From assembly GCF_001598795.1 (NCBI RefSeq), contig NZ_BCZP01000008.1, positions 275,156 through 307,155 on the forward strand: a stretch of 32,000 bases of DNA, written 5' to 3'. Under the pieces are notes generated by a model. That model was given only the letters and a program-made list of their open reading frames with translations, had not been told where the DNA came from and ran no database searches. Within the stretch, counting starts at the first letter, position 1. Each line of letters opens with the position of its first letter. Made by a program: the position numbers and the translations under genes. Positions 8,183 to 18,001 of this stretch are shown here, piece by piece. The DNA comes from Delftia acidovorans NBRC 14950. Its GTDB lineage: Bacteria; Pseudomonadota; Gammaproteobacteria; Burkholderiales; Burkholderiaceae_C.

Positions 8183-10564
8183 TCAGAAACTGCTGCGCAG
8201 CGTGACCATGATGCTGCGCGGCAGGCCGTAGTAGTTGCTGCGCGTGGCCGTGCCCACGCGCTCCCAGTAAACGCGGTCGAAGAGGTTGTCGATGTTCACG
8301 GCCAGCTTGACCTTGGGGGTGAGCGGGTAGGCGGCATAGGCGGACCAGACGCCGTAGCCACCCGCGCGCCAGCGCACGGTGCCCAGGGTGTCGTAGAACT
8401 CGCTGACGGCGCGCACGCCCGCGCCCAGCTCCAGCCCCTGGGCCACGGGGCCGGCCACGCGGTAGCGCGCCCACAGGTTCACGCTGTGGCGCGGTGACAT
8501 GGTGCTGAAGTCGGTGCCCGTCTGCGTGACGGTGCCCTGCAGGTATTTGGAGCGCATGTAGGCGTAGCTGGCCGCCACGTCCCAGCGCGGCGACAGCGAG
8601 CCGACCACTTCGGCCTCGAAGCCTTCGGAGCGCACCTTGCCTGCGGGGATGACGAAGGCGGCATCGCCAGGGTCGGCCAGCGCGCGGTTGGTGTCCTGCA
8701 TGCGGTAGACGGCGGCGGTGGCGCTCAGGCGTCCGTCCAGCAGGCTGCCCTTGATGCCGGCCTCCACCTGCCGGCCCTCGCGCGGGGCGATCTGGCCGCC
8801 GCCGGCCAGGCGCCCGCTTTGCGGCTGGAAGATGCGCGACTGGCTGGCGTAGAGCGTCCAGCTGTCGTTCAGATCGAAGAGCACGGCGCCGAAGGGCGTG
8901 AACTGGCCATCGACCTCGTAGCCCGAGCGCGTGTTCTGCAGCCGGTCCGAGGTTTCTGTCTTCCACCAGCTCTTGCGCGCGCCCGCCACCAGGGTGAGGG
9001 CCTGCGTGGGCTTGATGCGCAACTGGCCGTAGACGCCGCGCAGGCTGGTGCGCGTGATGTCGTCGGCAAAGGGCTTGAAGCTGGGCTCGGGGATGGTGGA
9101 GGGGTCGTAGTGGAACAGGTCGGCCGGCGTGTTCATGGCGCCGCGCAGCATGCGCAGGTGCATGTTGGAGCTGCGGTAGTCCGCGCCCGCGATGAAATGG
9201 TGCGTCTGCCCGGCCCATTGCCAGGGCGTGCTGTAGTAGAGGTCGGCCGTGGTGTCGGCGTAGTCGCGGTCCACGGTCTGGGCCTGGGTGAAGCGGCTGA
9301 TGCCGGTGTCCGAGACGGCCGAGTAACCGTTGATGTACTTGTCGCGCTGCTGGCGCAGCACGCGGCGGGCGGCCACCTTGAACAGGCCGCCGCCGTCGAG
9401 CCGCGTCTCCGACTCGATGAAGCCGGCCAGCGATTCGGGCGCGGCGCGGCCCCAGTCGGCGGCAATGGCCACGTCGCGCGGAATGGGGGCCAGCCTGCCG
9501 TCGGCGTGGGCGGGCAGGCCGGTGTCGTAGTTGCCCCGGCCGCGCTGCCAGGTGGCGCCCACCGAGACCGTGCTCTGGGAAGTGATGTCCAGCTCCACCG
9601 TGCCATACAGGGCCTGCTTGTGGCCGTCCATGGCCATCACGGGGCTGCCGAAGTTCTCGTGCAGCGCCACCACCCGGCCACGCAGGCGGCCATCTTCGGA
9701 CAGCGGGCCGGTGACATCCACCTCGGCCCGCTTGCGCCCCCGCGAGCCCAGGCCGATGGCGCCCTGGCCCTGGTAGTCCGGCAGGGCGCGCTTGCGCACC
9801 AGGTTGAGCATGACGCTGGGCTCGCCCGCGCCCGAGAACAGCCCGGCCGGCCCGCGCAGGGCCTCGACCCGGTCGAACAGGGCCAGGTCCAGCGTTTCCT
9901 GGGTGGCCGGGTTGCCGCTGACGGTAAGACCGTCCAACTGGTAGGTGGACGACTGGTAGCCGCGCGAGAGGATGTCGCTGCGCCCGCCTGTGCTGCTTTG
10001 CCGGCGCACGACGATGCCGGGCACCACCTTGGCGGCTTCGGTGAGCTCCACGAAGTTCTGGTCATCGAGCTGCGCGCGCGAGATCACGGATACGGACTGC
10101 GGCGTCTCCCGGGCCGTCAGCTCGATCTTGGTGGCCGCGCTGGCATAGGGCGCCCGGTAGCTGCCCGTGCCTTCCGTGCGGCCGTCGCGCAGGGCCGTGG
10201 CCGTCACCCGCACTTCGTCCAGCGCGGTCTGCGGGCGCGCCGGGGCGGGGCGCAGCAGCCAGCCGCCCTGGGGCTGGGCAGAGGCTTGCAGCCCGCTGCC
10301 GGCCAGCAGGCGCTGCAGTGCCTCGGCCGGCTCCAGGCGGCCCTGGACGGCGGGCGCGGTCTTGCCTGCCAGCAGGGCGCTGTCGGCCGCGATGCTGGTG
10401 CCGGTGGCGCGCGCCAGGGCCTTGATGGCGTCGGACAGCGGCTGGGCCGGCAGGTCGATGTCGGCAGGGGCGGCCAGGGCTGGCGTGCAGGCCAGTGCCG
10501 CCGCGCAGGCGAGCAGGGACAGGCAGGCGCGTGCCGGGCGGGAGGAAAGAGGGCGGGCGGGCAT
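8183..10564 (-). CDS. TonB-dependent siderophore receptor with N-terminal STN signalling domain (FecA/FpvA-type transducer)
   Basis: Start moved to ATG 10564 (MPARPLSS..., signal peptide ...ACTPALAAPA, AGGAGA RBS). STN domain: IDLPAQPLSDAIKALARATGTSIAADSALLAGKTAPAVQGRLEPAEALQRLLAGSGL. A plug and beta-barrel follow, ending in the TonB-receptor terminal ...LRSSF. Lies directly downstream of fecI/fecR-like genes. Confidence 0.92.
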   Translation of the reverse strand: MPARPLSSRPARACLSLLACAAALACTPALAAPADIDLPAQPLSDAIKALARATGTSIAADSALLAGKTAPAVQGRLEPAEALQRLLAGSGLQASAQPQGGWLLRPAPARPQTALDEVRVTATALRDGRTEGTGSYRAPYASAATKIELTARETPQSVSVISRAQLDDQNFVELTEAAKVVPGIVVRRQSSTGGRSDILSRGYQSSTYQLDGLTVSGNPATQETLDLALFDRVEALRGPAGLFSGAGEPSVMLNLVRKRALPDYQGQGAIGLGSRGRKRAEVDVTGPLSEDGRLRGRVVALHENFGSPVMAMDGHKQALYGTVELDITSQSTVSVGATWQRGRGNYDTGLPAHADGRLAPIPRDVAIAADWGRAAPESLAGFIESETRLDGGGLFKVAARRVLRQQRDKYINGYSAVSDTGISRFTQAQTVDRDYADTTADLYYSTPWQWAGQTHHFIAGADYRSSNMHLRMLRGAMNTPADLFHYDPSTIPEPSFKPFADDITRTSLRGVYGQLRIKPTQALTLVAGARKSWWKTETSDRLQNTRSGYEVDGQFTPFGAVLFDLNDSWTLYASQSRIFQPQSGRLAGGGQIAPREGRQVEAGIKGSLLDGRLSATAAVYRMQDTNRALADPGDAAFVIPAGKVRSEGFEAEVVGSLSPRWDVAASYAYMRSKYLQGTVTQTGTDFSTMSPRHSVNLWARYRVAGPVAQGLELGAGVRAVSEFYDTLGTVRWRAGGYGVWSAYAAYPLTPKVKLAVNIDNLFDRVYWERVGTATRSNYYGLPRSIMVTLRSSF

Positions 10565-10602
10565 GGCGGGAACGTTCTCCTGGGTATCGGTTGTGCTCGC
10601 CT

Positions 10603-10653
10603 GTATGACGGGGCAGCCCGCCGGATCCCTGATGTGTGTTGGCCGTTTTTTTT
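10603..10653 (-). promoter_or_regulatory. Candidate ECF-sigma-dependent promoter: A8-N14-CAGGGATC-N-CGTCATAC
   Basis: Read on the minus strand: AAAAAAAA CGGCCAACACACAT CAGGGATCCGGCGGGCTGCCCCGTCATAC, ending 38 nt before the receptor ATG. A near-identical arrangement lies upstream of the other STN receptor (24058-24107). The promoter role is inferred. Confidence 0.4.
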
Positions 10654-11705
10654 CAGTTTTTCCGGATTTTTTCCGGCGCCGTGCTGCGCGGGGCCAGCCA
10701 GGTGGCGCCGTCGCGCTCCTGCACGCGCACGGCGGCGATGCGCGGCAGCGCGTCCAGGAAACTCTCCACATCGGCGCGCTGCACGGCGGCCGTGATGCGC
10801 GGCCCGCCCGTGCCGTCGGCTACGGCCGCACGCACGGGCTGGCGGCGCCAGCGCGACAGCGTGGCCGCGATCTCGCCCAGCCCGGCGCTGTCGAAGACGA
10901 TGAGGCCGCGTTCGATGGATGAGAAGCTGTCGCGCGCATCGCGCTGCACGCGGCGGGGGAGGGGGCTGGCGTGGGCGCCATCGGCACCGGGGGCGGCACC
11001 GGCGCTTTCGTCCGGCAGTTCCCCCACTTCGCCCGCCTGCAGCAGCAAGAACGGTGCTCCTTCAGCACCTTTCACTGCCAAACGCACCGTGCCATGCTCC
11101 ACGCTCACCCGCACCAGGCCCGGCAGGCGGTTGACGGTGAAGCGCGTGCCCAGCACGGTGATGCGCGCCTGGCCTGCGTCGATGGTGAAGTGGCGGTCTG
11201 CATCCCTGGCCACGTCGAACAGGGCCTCGCCCTGCTCCAGCACCACGGCGCGCTGGCGGCGCGTGAAGCGCGTGGCGATGCGGCTGGCCGGTCCCAGGGT
11301 CAGCACGCTGGCGTCGGGCAGGTTCAGCACGATGCGTTCGCCAATCGCACTGTCGCGGGCCAGGGCGAACACGGTGGTGTCCTGCCATTCAAGCCAGCCG
11401 CGCCATGCCAGCAGGCCCGCCGTGCCCAGGCCGGCAACGCCCAGCACGCCGCGGGTGATGGCTGCGCGGCGCGTGTTGCGGCGCTGGCGTGCGGCGGTGT
11501 TCACGGCCGTGGCCAGGGCCTCGGTGCGGGGCGTGGAGTCGAAGTCCTGCCACAGCGCCTCGAAGGCGGCGTATTCGGCGGCGTGGCGCGGGTCGGCGTC
11601 CATCCAGGTGCGCCAGGCGGCGGCGTCGGCGGCGCCGGGCTGCGCTCCCGCATCCCGGTGCATGCGTATGAACCAGCGCGCGGCCTCTTCGCGCGGCGTG
11701 GTCAT
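10653..11705 (-). CDS. FecR-family anti-sigma factor / transmembrane sensor
   Basis: Start at ATG 11705 (MTTPREEAARWFIRMH...WRTWMDADPRHAAEYAAFEALW). One TM segment (GVLGVAGLGTAGLLAW). FecR periplasmic domain (...RITVLGTRFTVNR...). ATGA overlap with the sigma-gene stop. Confidence 0.9.
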   Translation of the reverse strand: MTTPREEAARWFIRMHRDAGAQPGAADAAAWRTWMDADPRHAAEYAAFEALWQDFDSTPRTEALATAVNTAARQRRNTRRAAITRGVLGVAGLGTAGLLAWRGWLEWQDTTVFALARDSAIGERIVLNLPDASVLTLGPASRIATRFTRRQRAVVLEQGEALFDVARDADRHFTIDAGQARITVLGTRFTVNRLPGLVRVSVEHGTVRLAVKGAEGAPFLLLQAGEVGELPDESAGAAPGADGAHASPLPRRVQRDARDSFSSIERGLIVFDSAGLGEIAATLSRWRRQPVRAAVADGTGGPRITAAVQRADVESFLDALPRIAAVRVQERDGATWLAPRSTAPEKIRKN

Positions 11706-12262
11706 GGCGCGAGCAGCTCGCGCGCGGCGCGCAGGTCCAGCAGGGCGCGCATCAGGTGGCGCTCCACCATGTTCAGGCTGATGCCCAGCGTGGCGGCAAT
11801 CCTGGGCTGGGAATGGCCTTCCACCTTGCACAGCCAGAACACCTCGCGGCAGCGCGGGGGAAGCCCTTCGATGACCCGCTGCGCAGCGGCCAGGCGCTGC
11901 TGCAGATCGGCCAGCACCTCGGCGGAAGGCGCGGTGAATGCTTCCTGCACGGCGATGGCGTCCGTGCGCCTGCCGGGGGCCGTGGAGTCCGGCTCGCCTG
12001 CCAGGTCGGGCAGGGGCACGAAGCGGCGTTCATGCGCCATCTGGTCCGCGAGCACGGTACGCGCCACCACGCGCAGATAGGCGTGCGGCTGGGCGATGCC
12101 TTCATGCCTGCCGCTGAGGGCGTAGCGCACGAAGGCGTCATGCAGCACATCCTGTGCACGGTGGATGCAGCGCGTGCTGCGCCAGATGGCGGGCAGCAGG
12201 CTGCCGTAGGCCCAGCGCAGGTCCAGGCCCAGCCAGGCTGCGGGAGTCGGATGGCGTGTCAT
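11702..12262 (-). CDS. ECF (sigma-70 family, FecI-like iron-starvation type) RNA polymerase sigma factor
   Basis: 186 aa. Region 2-like AQDVLHDAFVRYA and region 4 HTH LPPRCREVFWLCKVEGHSQPRIAATLGISLNMVERHLMRAL. Translationally coupled to the FecR gene. Confidence 0.9.
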   Translation of the reverse strand: MTRHPTPAAWLGLDLRWAYGSLLPAIWRSTRCIHRAQDVLHDAFVRYALSGRHEGIAQPHAYLRVVARTVLADQMAHERRFVPLPDLAGEPDSTAPGRRTDAIAVQEAFTAPSAEVLADLQQRLAAAQRVIEGLPPRCREVFWLCKVEGHSQPRIAATLGISLNMVERHLMRALLDLRAARELLAP

Positions 12263-12326
12263 ACGAACGGGAATGGAGGTCGGGCGTGCCGACCGGCAGG
12301 TTCAGGGAGCAGGGTTGCGGCATTCT

Positions 12327-12347
12327 AAATGAGACTTTTTCTCATTT
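12327..12347. promoter_or_regulatory. Perfect palindrome AAATGAGA-CTTTT-TCTCATTT; possible Fur-type operator for the ECF sigma gene and/or weak terminator of the kinase operon
   Basis: 8-bp perfect arms in an AT-rich patch 65-85 bp upstream of the sigma ATG (12262) and 42 bp downstream of the kinase stop. By hand I count only 11/19 matches to the E. coli Fur consensus, and the arm spacing differs (8-5-8 versus 9-1-9). Confidence 0.3.
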
Positions 12348-12388
12348 GCTGCCGAATGCCCACGCGCTCTCAGCCCTGTCTGGCACCG

Positions 12389-14917
<2,529 letters not shown>

Positions 14918-14941
14918 GATGAAGGTGCTCCATCGGAAGTT

Positions 14942-15838
14942 TCAGGGCGCGACGATGGCGGTCAGGCCGTTGTGGCGCGCGGCCCTGGCCAGGCGGCCGT
15001 CGCGCTTGATGTCCGAGACGAACTGGTTCAGGCGCGCCAGCCACTGGGCGTCGGCAGGGCTGGCCGCATAGCCGTAGGGCAGCACATGGAAGGGCTTGGG
15101 CGGCGCGATCAGCTGCATCCAGTCCGAGCTGTCCAGCAGCTTGCGGCTGTACGGGTAGTCGGTCATGAACACGTCCACGCGCCCGGCCATGAGTTCCTTT
15201 TCGCGGGTTTGCGGCGGCTCCACCAGCACCAGGTGCGCATGCCTGAGCGACTCGCGCATGACCGGCTCCATGAAGGTGCCGCGCTGCACGGCCACCTGCA
15301 CGCCGGGCTGGTCGATGTCGGCCCAGCTGCGCACGGCGGGGTTGCTCTTGGTGGTGATGCCGTAGATATCGCTGCTCAGGTAGGGCTGGGTGAAGCGCAG
15401 CTGCTGCTGGCGCTGCGGCAGGATGCCGACGGCGAACATGGCCACGTCGCAGCGCGACTCCAGCAGGTCGGGCACCAGCCGCGAGAAGGACGAGTCCACA
15501 TGCTGCAGCCGCGCGCCCAGGTCCTTGGCCAGCTCTGCCGAGAGCTCCGCGTCGATGCCCGTGAGCCTGCCCGTGCGTGCGTCACGGTAGGTGATGCCGT
15601 AGTAGTCGGGCCAGATGCAGACCTTCAGCGTGTGGCTGCTGGCCACGCGGTCCAGCACCTCGCCGGCCCGTGCTGCGCCAGGCCCCATGGCCAGCACCGC
15701 CACCCAGACCGGCACCAGTGCCAGCAGCAGCGCCTGTACAACGGGCAACACAACGGCCCGCACCAGCGCGGACAGGCGCGCGGCGTTCCCGGACGGTATC
15801 TGCCATCGGCCCGCGGCGGCCTGCGTGTGCATCGTCAT
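14942..15838 (-). CDS. Periplasmic substrate-binding protein, SBP_bac_3 (amino-acid/polar-solute-binding) family, membrane-anchored or secreted
   Basis: Start at ATG 15838 (MTMHTQ..., TGATG junction with the upstream REC gene). Hydrophobic N-terminal segment. LKVCIWPDYYGITYRD..TGRLTGIDAELSAELAKDLGARLQHVDSSFSRLVPDLLESRCDVAM is typical of family-3 binding proteins. No permease or ATPase gene is nearby. Confidence 0.88.
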   Translation of the reverse strand: MTMHTQAAAGRWQIPSGNAARLSALVRAVVLPVVQALLLALVPVWVAVLAMGPGAARAGEVLDRVASSHTLKVCIWPDYYGITYRDARTGRLTGIDAELSAELAKDLGARLQHVDSSFSRLVPDLLESRCDVAMFAVGILPQRQQQLRFTQPYLSSDIYGITTKSNPAVRSWADIDQPGVQVAVQRGTFMEPVMRESLRHAHLVLVEPPQTREKELMAGRVDVFMTDYPYSRKLLDSSDWMQLIAPPKPFHVLPYGYAASPADAQWLARLNQFVSDIKRDGRLARAARHNGLTAIVAP

Positions 15839-16209
15839 CAGTCGCTCCTGTAAAGACTGGCCAGGGTCTCCAGCAGCCGGTTCGGGCTGAAGGGCTTGAG
15901 CAGGTATTCGTCGGCACCGGCATTGAAACCCGCCTCGCGGTCCTGCGCACTGCCCCGGGCCGTCAGCAGGATCACCCGCGTGTGCCGCAGGTCGTAGGAG
16001 GTCTTGATGCGGCAGCACACCTCCAGGCCGTCCAGCGTCCCCGGCATCATCATGTCCAGCAGCACGACATCGGGCTGGCTGCGCTGGGCCAGGGCCCAGG
16101 CTTCGTCACCGGTCGGCGCCTCCATGACTTCGTATGCGCTGGACTCCAGCGTCATGCGCAACAGCTTGCGGATGTCGGCTTGGTCTTCGGCGATCAGTAT
16201 CTTCTTCAT
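15838..16209 (-). CDS. Stand-alone (CheY-like) response-regulator receiver protein
   Basis: 123 aa: MKKILIAEDQADIR..., phospho-acceptor context VVLLDMMMPGTLDG, conserved T (LLTA) and K (LLKP). No output domain. Confidence 0.93.
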   Translation of the reverse strand: MKKILIAEDQADIRKLLRMTLESSAYEVMEAPTGDEAWALAQRSQPDVVLLDMMMPGTLDGLEVCCRIKTSYDLRHTRVILLTARGSAQDREAGFNAGADEYLLKPFSPNRLLETLASLYRSD

Positions 16210-16222
16210 GGCGGGCCTTTCG

Positions 16223-16248
16223 CAACGCAGTTGAAGGGTTCTGCGTTG
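16223..16248. promoter_or_regulatory. Inverted repeat CAACGCAG-N10-CTGCGTTG immediately upstream of the REC gene's RBS
   Basis: Perfect 8-bp arms, 14-39 nt upstream of ATG 16209 on the minus strand. Could be a 5'-UTR stem-loop or an operator. Confidence 0.3.
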
Positions 16249-16262
16249 GATTGAATCATAAA

Positions 16263-16309
16263 TATCAAATTCATCAAATTTGTATTGTTTTTTTTAATCG
16301 TATTTGATG
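16263..16309. promoter_or_regulatory. AT-rich motif cluster: (T)ATCAAAT, CATCAAAT, then inverted ATTTGATG 22 bp later
   Basis: Copies at 16264-16270, 16272-16279 and 16302-16309 (reverse complement), in the 113-bp divergent intergenic region between the two halves of the phosphorelay cluster. A binding-site role is inferred. Confidence 0.3.
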
Positions 16310-16322
16310 CAAAATTGCTGCC

Positions 16323-16961
16323 ATGTCCGAGAACAGCACCCCACCAGGCCAAATTCCGCACTACACGACCGCTGAGGTGGCCAAGCTGCTGGGCATGGCG
16401 GTGCGGTCGGTTCAGCTCATGGTCGATCGCGGCGATCTGGAGGCCTGGAAGACCCCCGGGGGGCACCGGCGCATCACGCGCGCCTCCGTGGAGCGCTGGC
16501 GCGGCAGGCAGGGTGATGCGGCCACCACGTCCGGGGCGCCAGCGGCGGCCCCGGCGCCCGCTCCCGCGCAGGCCGGCACGGGCCCGCGCGTGCTGCTGAT
16601 CGAGGACTCCGTGCACTTCCAGAACCTGGTGCGCCTGCTGGTGCAGCGCCACTTTCCCGACGTGCAGCTGCACGTGGCGCACGACGGGATCACCGGCATG
16701 GCGCTGTACGGGCAGATCCAGCCCGACGTGCTGCTGGTGGACATCCTGCTGCCCGACATCGACGGCGCCGCCCTCATCACCACCTTGCGCACGCATGAGC
16801 AGTTCGCGCGCTGCAAGCTGCTGGTGGTCACCTCGCTGGATGCGGCAGAGCGCGAGGCCTACGCCTTTGCGCTGGGCGGCGCGCGCGTGATCCACAAACC
16901 CCAGCTCGTGCAGGAGCTGCCCGAGGCGCTGGGCGAGCTGCTGGGCAGGCAGGCAGCGTGA
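16323..16961 (+). CDS. Response regulator with N-terminal excisionase/MerR-type HTH (HTH_17-like) and C-terminal receiver domain
   Basis: N-terminus YTTAEVAKLLGMAVRSVQLMVDRGDLEAWKTPGGHRRITRASVERW matches the excisionase-family DNA-binding domain pattern. An Ala/Pro linker follows. The REC domain has LLIEDS, LLVDILLPDIDG, VVTS and HKP. Confidence 0.88.
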   Translation: MSENSTPPGQIPHYTTAEVAKLLGMAVRSVQLMVDRGDLEAWKTPGGHRRITRASVERWRGRQGDAATTSGAPAAAPAPAPAQAGTGPRVLLIEDSVHFQNLVRLLVQRHFPDVQLHVAHDGITGMALYGQIQPDVLLVDILLPDIDGAALITTLRTHEQFARCKLLVVTSLDAAEREAYAFALGGARVIHKPQLVQELPEALGELLGRQAA

Positions 16962-17773
16962 ATCCGGCCCATCCTGCGGTCCTGCTGGTGGAGGACGATG
17001 CCTCGATTGCGCGATTCGTCACGCTGGCGCTGGAGGGCATGCCCCTCACCCTGGTGTCCTGCGCAAGTGCGGAGCAGGCGCAGAGCCTGCTGCAGAGCCA
17101 GCCCTTTGCCCTGCTGATCACCGACCTGATGCTGCCCGGCGCCTCCGGGGTCGAGCTCATCGAATGGCTGCGCAGCTCCCCGCAGGCCGGCTGCAGCGCC
17201 GTGGTCTTCAGCGCCGGCGTGCGGGCCGACGTGGCGCTGCGGCTGGAGCAACTGCAGGTCTGGGGCGTGCTGCGCAAGCCCGTGTCGGTGGCGCAACTGG
17301 TGGACTGCGTGGAATCGGTGCTGGCGGCGCAACCGGTCGGCTCGCCCGCGCCAGCCAGCGTGCAAGCTGCCGGTGCAGATGTGCCGGTGGATATGCAGGC
17401 GGATATGCCTGCGGATATGCCGGCGGATATGCCGGCGGATGGCGGCCCGGCCGCCGTCTCCAGCTACTTCGGCGGCGATGCCGCCCTGTTCCACAGCTAC
17501 CGCGCCAGCTGTCTTGCGCAGTTGCCCGACGATGTGGCGCGGGGCGAAAACCTGCTGGCCGCGCGCGACGCCGCGGCGCTGCGCCGGCTGGCGCACAACC
17601 TCAAAAGCGTGCTGCGCCTGCTGGGGCACGAGCAGGCCAGTGGCCTGGCGCAGACGCTGGAGCAGGCCTGCCTGGCGAGCGACTGGGCGGGCGCCACCGA
17701 TGCCTGGCGGCAACTGGGCGCGGCCCTGCTGGGAATGCTGGACGGCGCGGGCCAGCGGCCCCGGCGCGGCTGA
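16958..17773 (+). CDS. Receiver (REC) - histidine phosphotransfer (HPt) fusion protein
   Basis: GTG start overlapping the upstream stop (GTGA). REC: LLVEDDASI, LLITDLMLPGASG, VVFSAG, LRKP. The C-terminal four-helix-like region has the HPt signature LRRLAHNLKSVLRLLG. A repetitive linker separates the domains. Confidence 0.85.
   Translation: MNPAHPAVLLVEDDASIARFVTLALEGMPLTLVSCASAEQAQSLLQSQPFALLITDLMLPGASGVELIEWLRSSPQAGCSAVVFSAGVRADVALRLEQLQVWGVLRKPVSVAQLVDCVESVLAAQPVGSPAPASVQAAGADVPVDMQADMPADMPADMPADGGPAAVSSYFGGDAALFHSYRASCLAQLPDDVARGENLLAARDAAALRRLAHNLKSVLRLLGHEQASGLAQTLEQACLASDWAGATDAWRQLGAALLGMLDGAGQRPRRG
17389..17440 (+). repeat. In-frame 12-bp tandem repeat, about 4.3 copies (GGATATGCNNGC), encoding (D-M-x-A)n
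   Basis: Units at 17389-17400 (ggatatgcaggc), 17401-17412 (ggatatgcctgc), 17413-17424 and 17425-17436 (ggatatgccggc twice), then a partial ggat. Encodes VDMQADMPADMPADMPAD in the REC-HPt linker. Confidence 0.9.
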
Positions 17774-17803
17774 CACCGCGCCCGCCATTGCGCCATCCCG
17801 CCG

Positions 17804-18001
17804 TCATTGCGGCGGGCTGCGCCGCACCCAGCCGTGCCAGATTCCCGCCGCCGTGGGAATGGCCAGGCAGACGCCGGCCAGCATGTCGCCAAAGCCGCCG
17901 TCGCTGAACAGGGCCGAGACCAGGCCGATGGCCGTCAGCACGCCCAGCGCGATGGGCCAGCCCCAGAGGGCGAGAAAGCCCCGGTGTTGCGCGCCGCTCA
18001 T
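17804..18001 (-). CDS. Small (65-aa) two-TM membrane protein translationally coupled to the PepSY-TM gene
   Basis: ATG 18001 overlaps the PepSY gene stop (ATGA). MSGAQHRGFLALWGWPIALGVLTAIGLVSALF...LAGVCLAIPTAAGIWHGW. Host-like codon usage. The longer 87-aa track ORF is probably an upstream extension. Confidence 0.6.
   Translation of the reverse strand: MSGAQHRGFLALWGWPIALGVLTAIGLVSALFSDGGFGDMLAGVCLAIPTAAGIWHGWVRRSPPQ

Noticed and set aside
10565-10771. N-terminal extensions of track ORFs. Examples: receptor to 10771, FecR to 11831, binding protein to 16018, MFS to 25509, MocR to 27541, EamA from 27143, catC ORF to 7190.
   Set aside because: In each case an internal start gives a canonical N-terminus (a signal peptide, an HTH, or MLYLVRMD for CatC). 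That start also has an RBS and/or a stop-start overlap with the upstream gene. The extensions overlap neighbouring genes or spacers.
17389-17440. Short tandem repeats considered as a possible CRISPR or other array (also 23855-23881 and 28451-28475)
   Set aside because: The units are 9-13 bp with no spacers. Two of the three are in frame inside coding sequence. There are no cas genes. These are simple slippage-type repeats.
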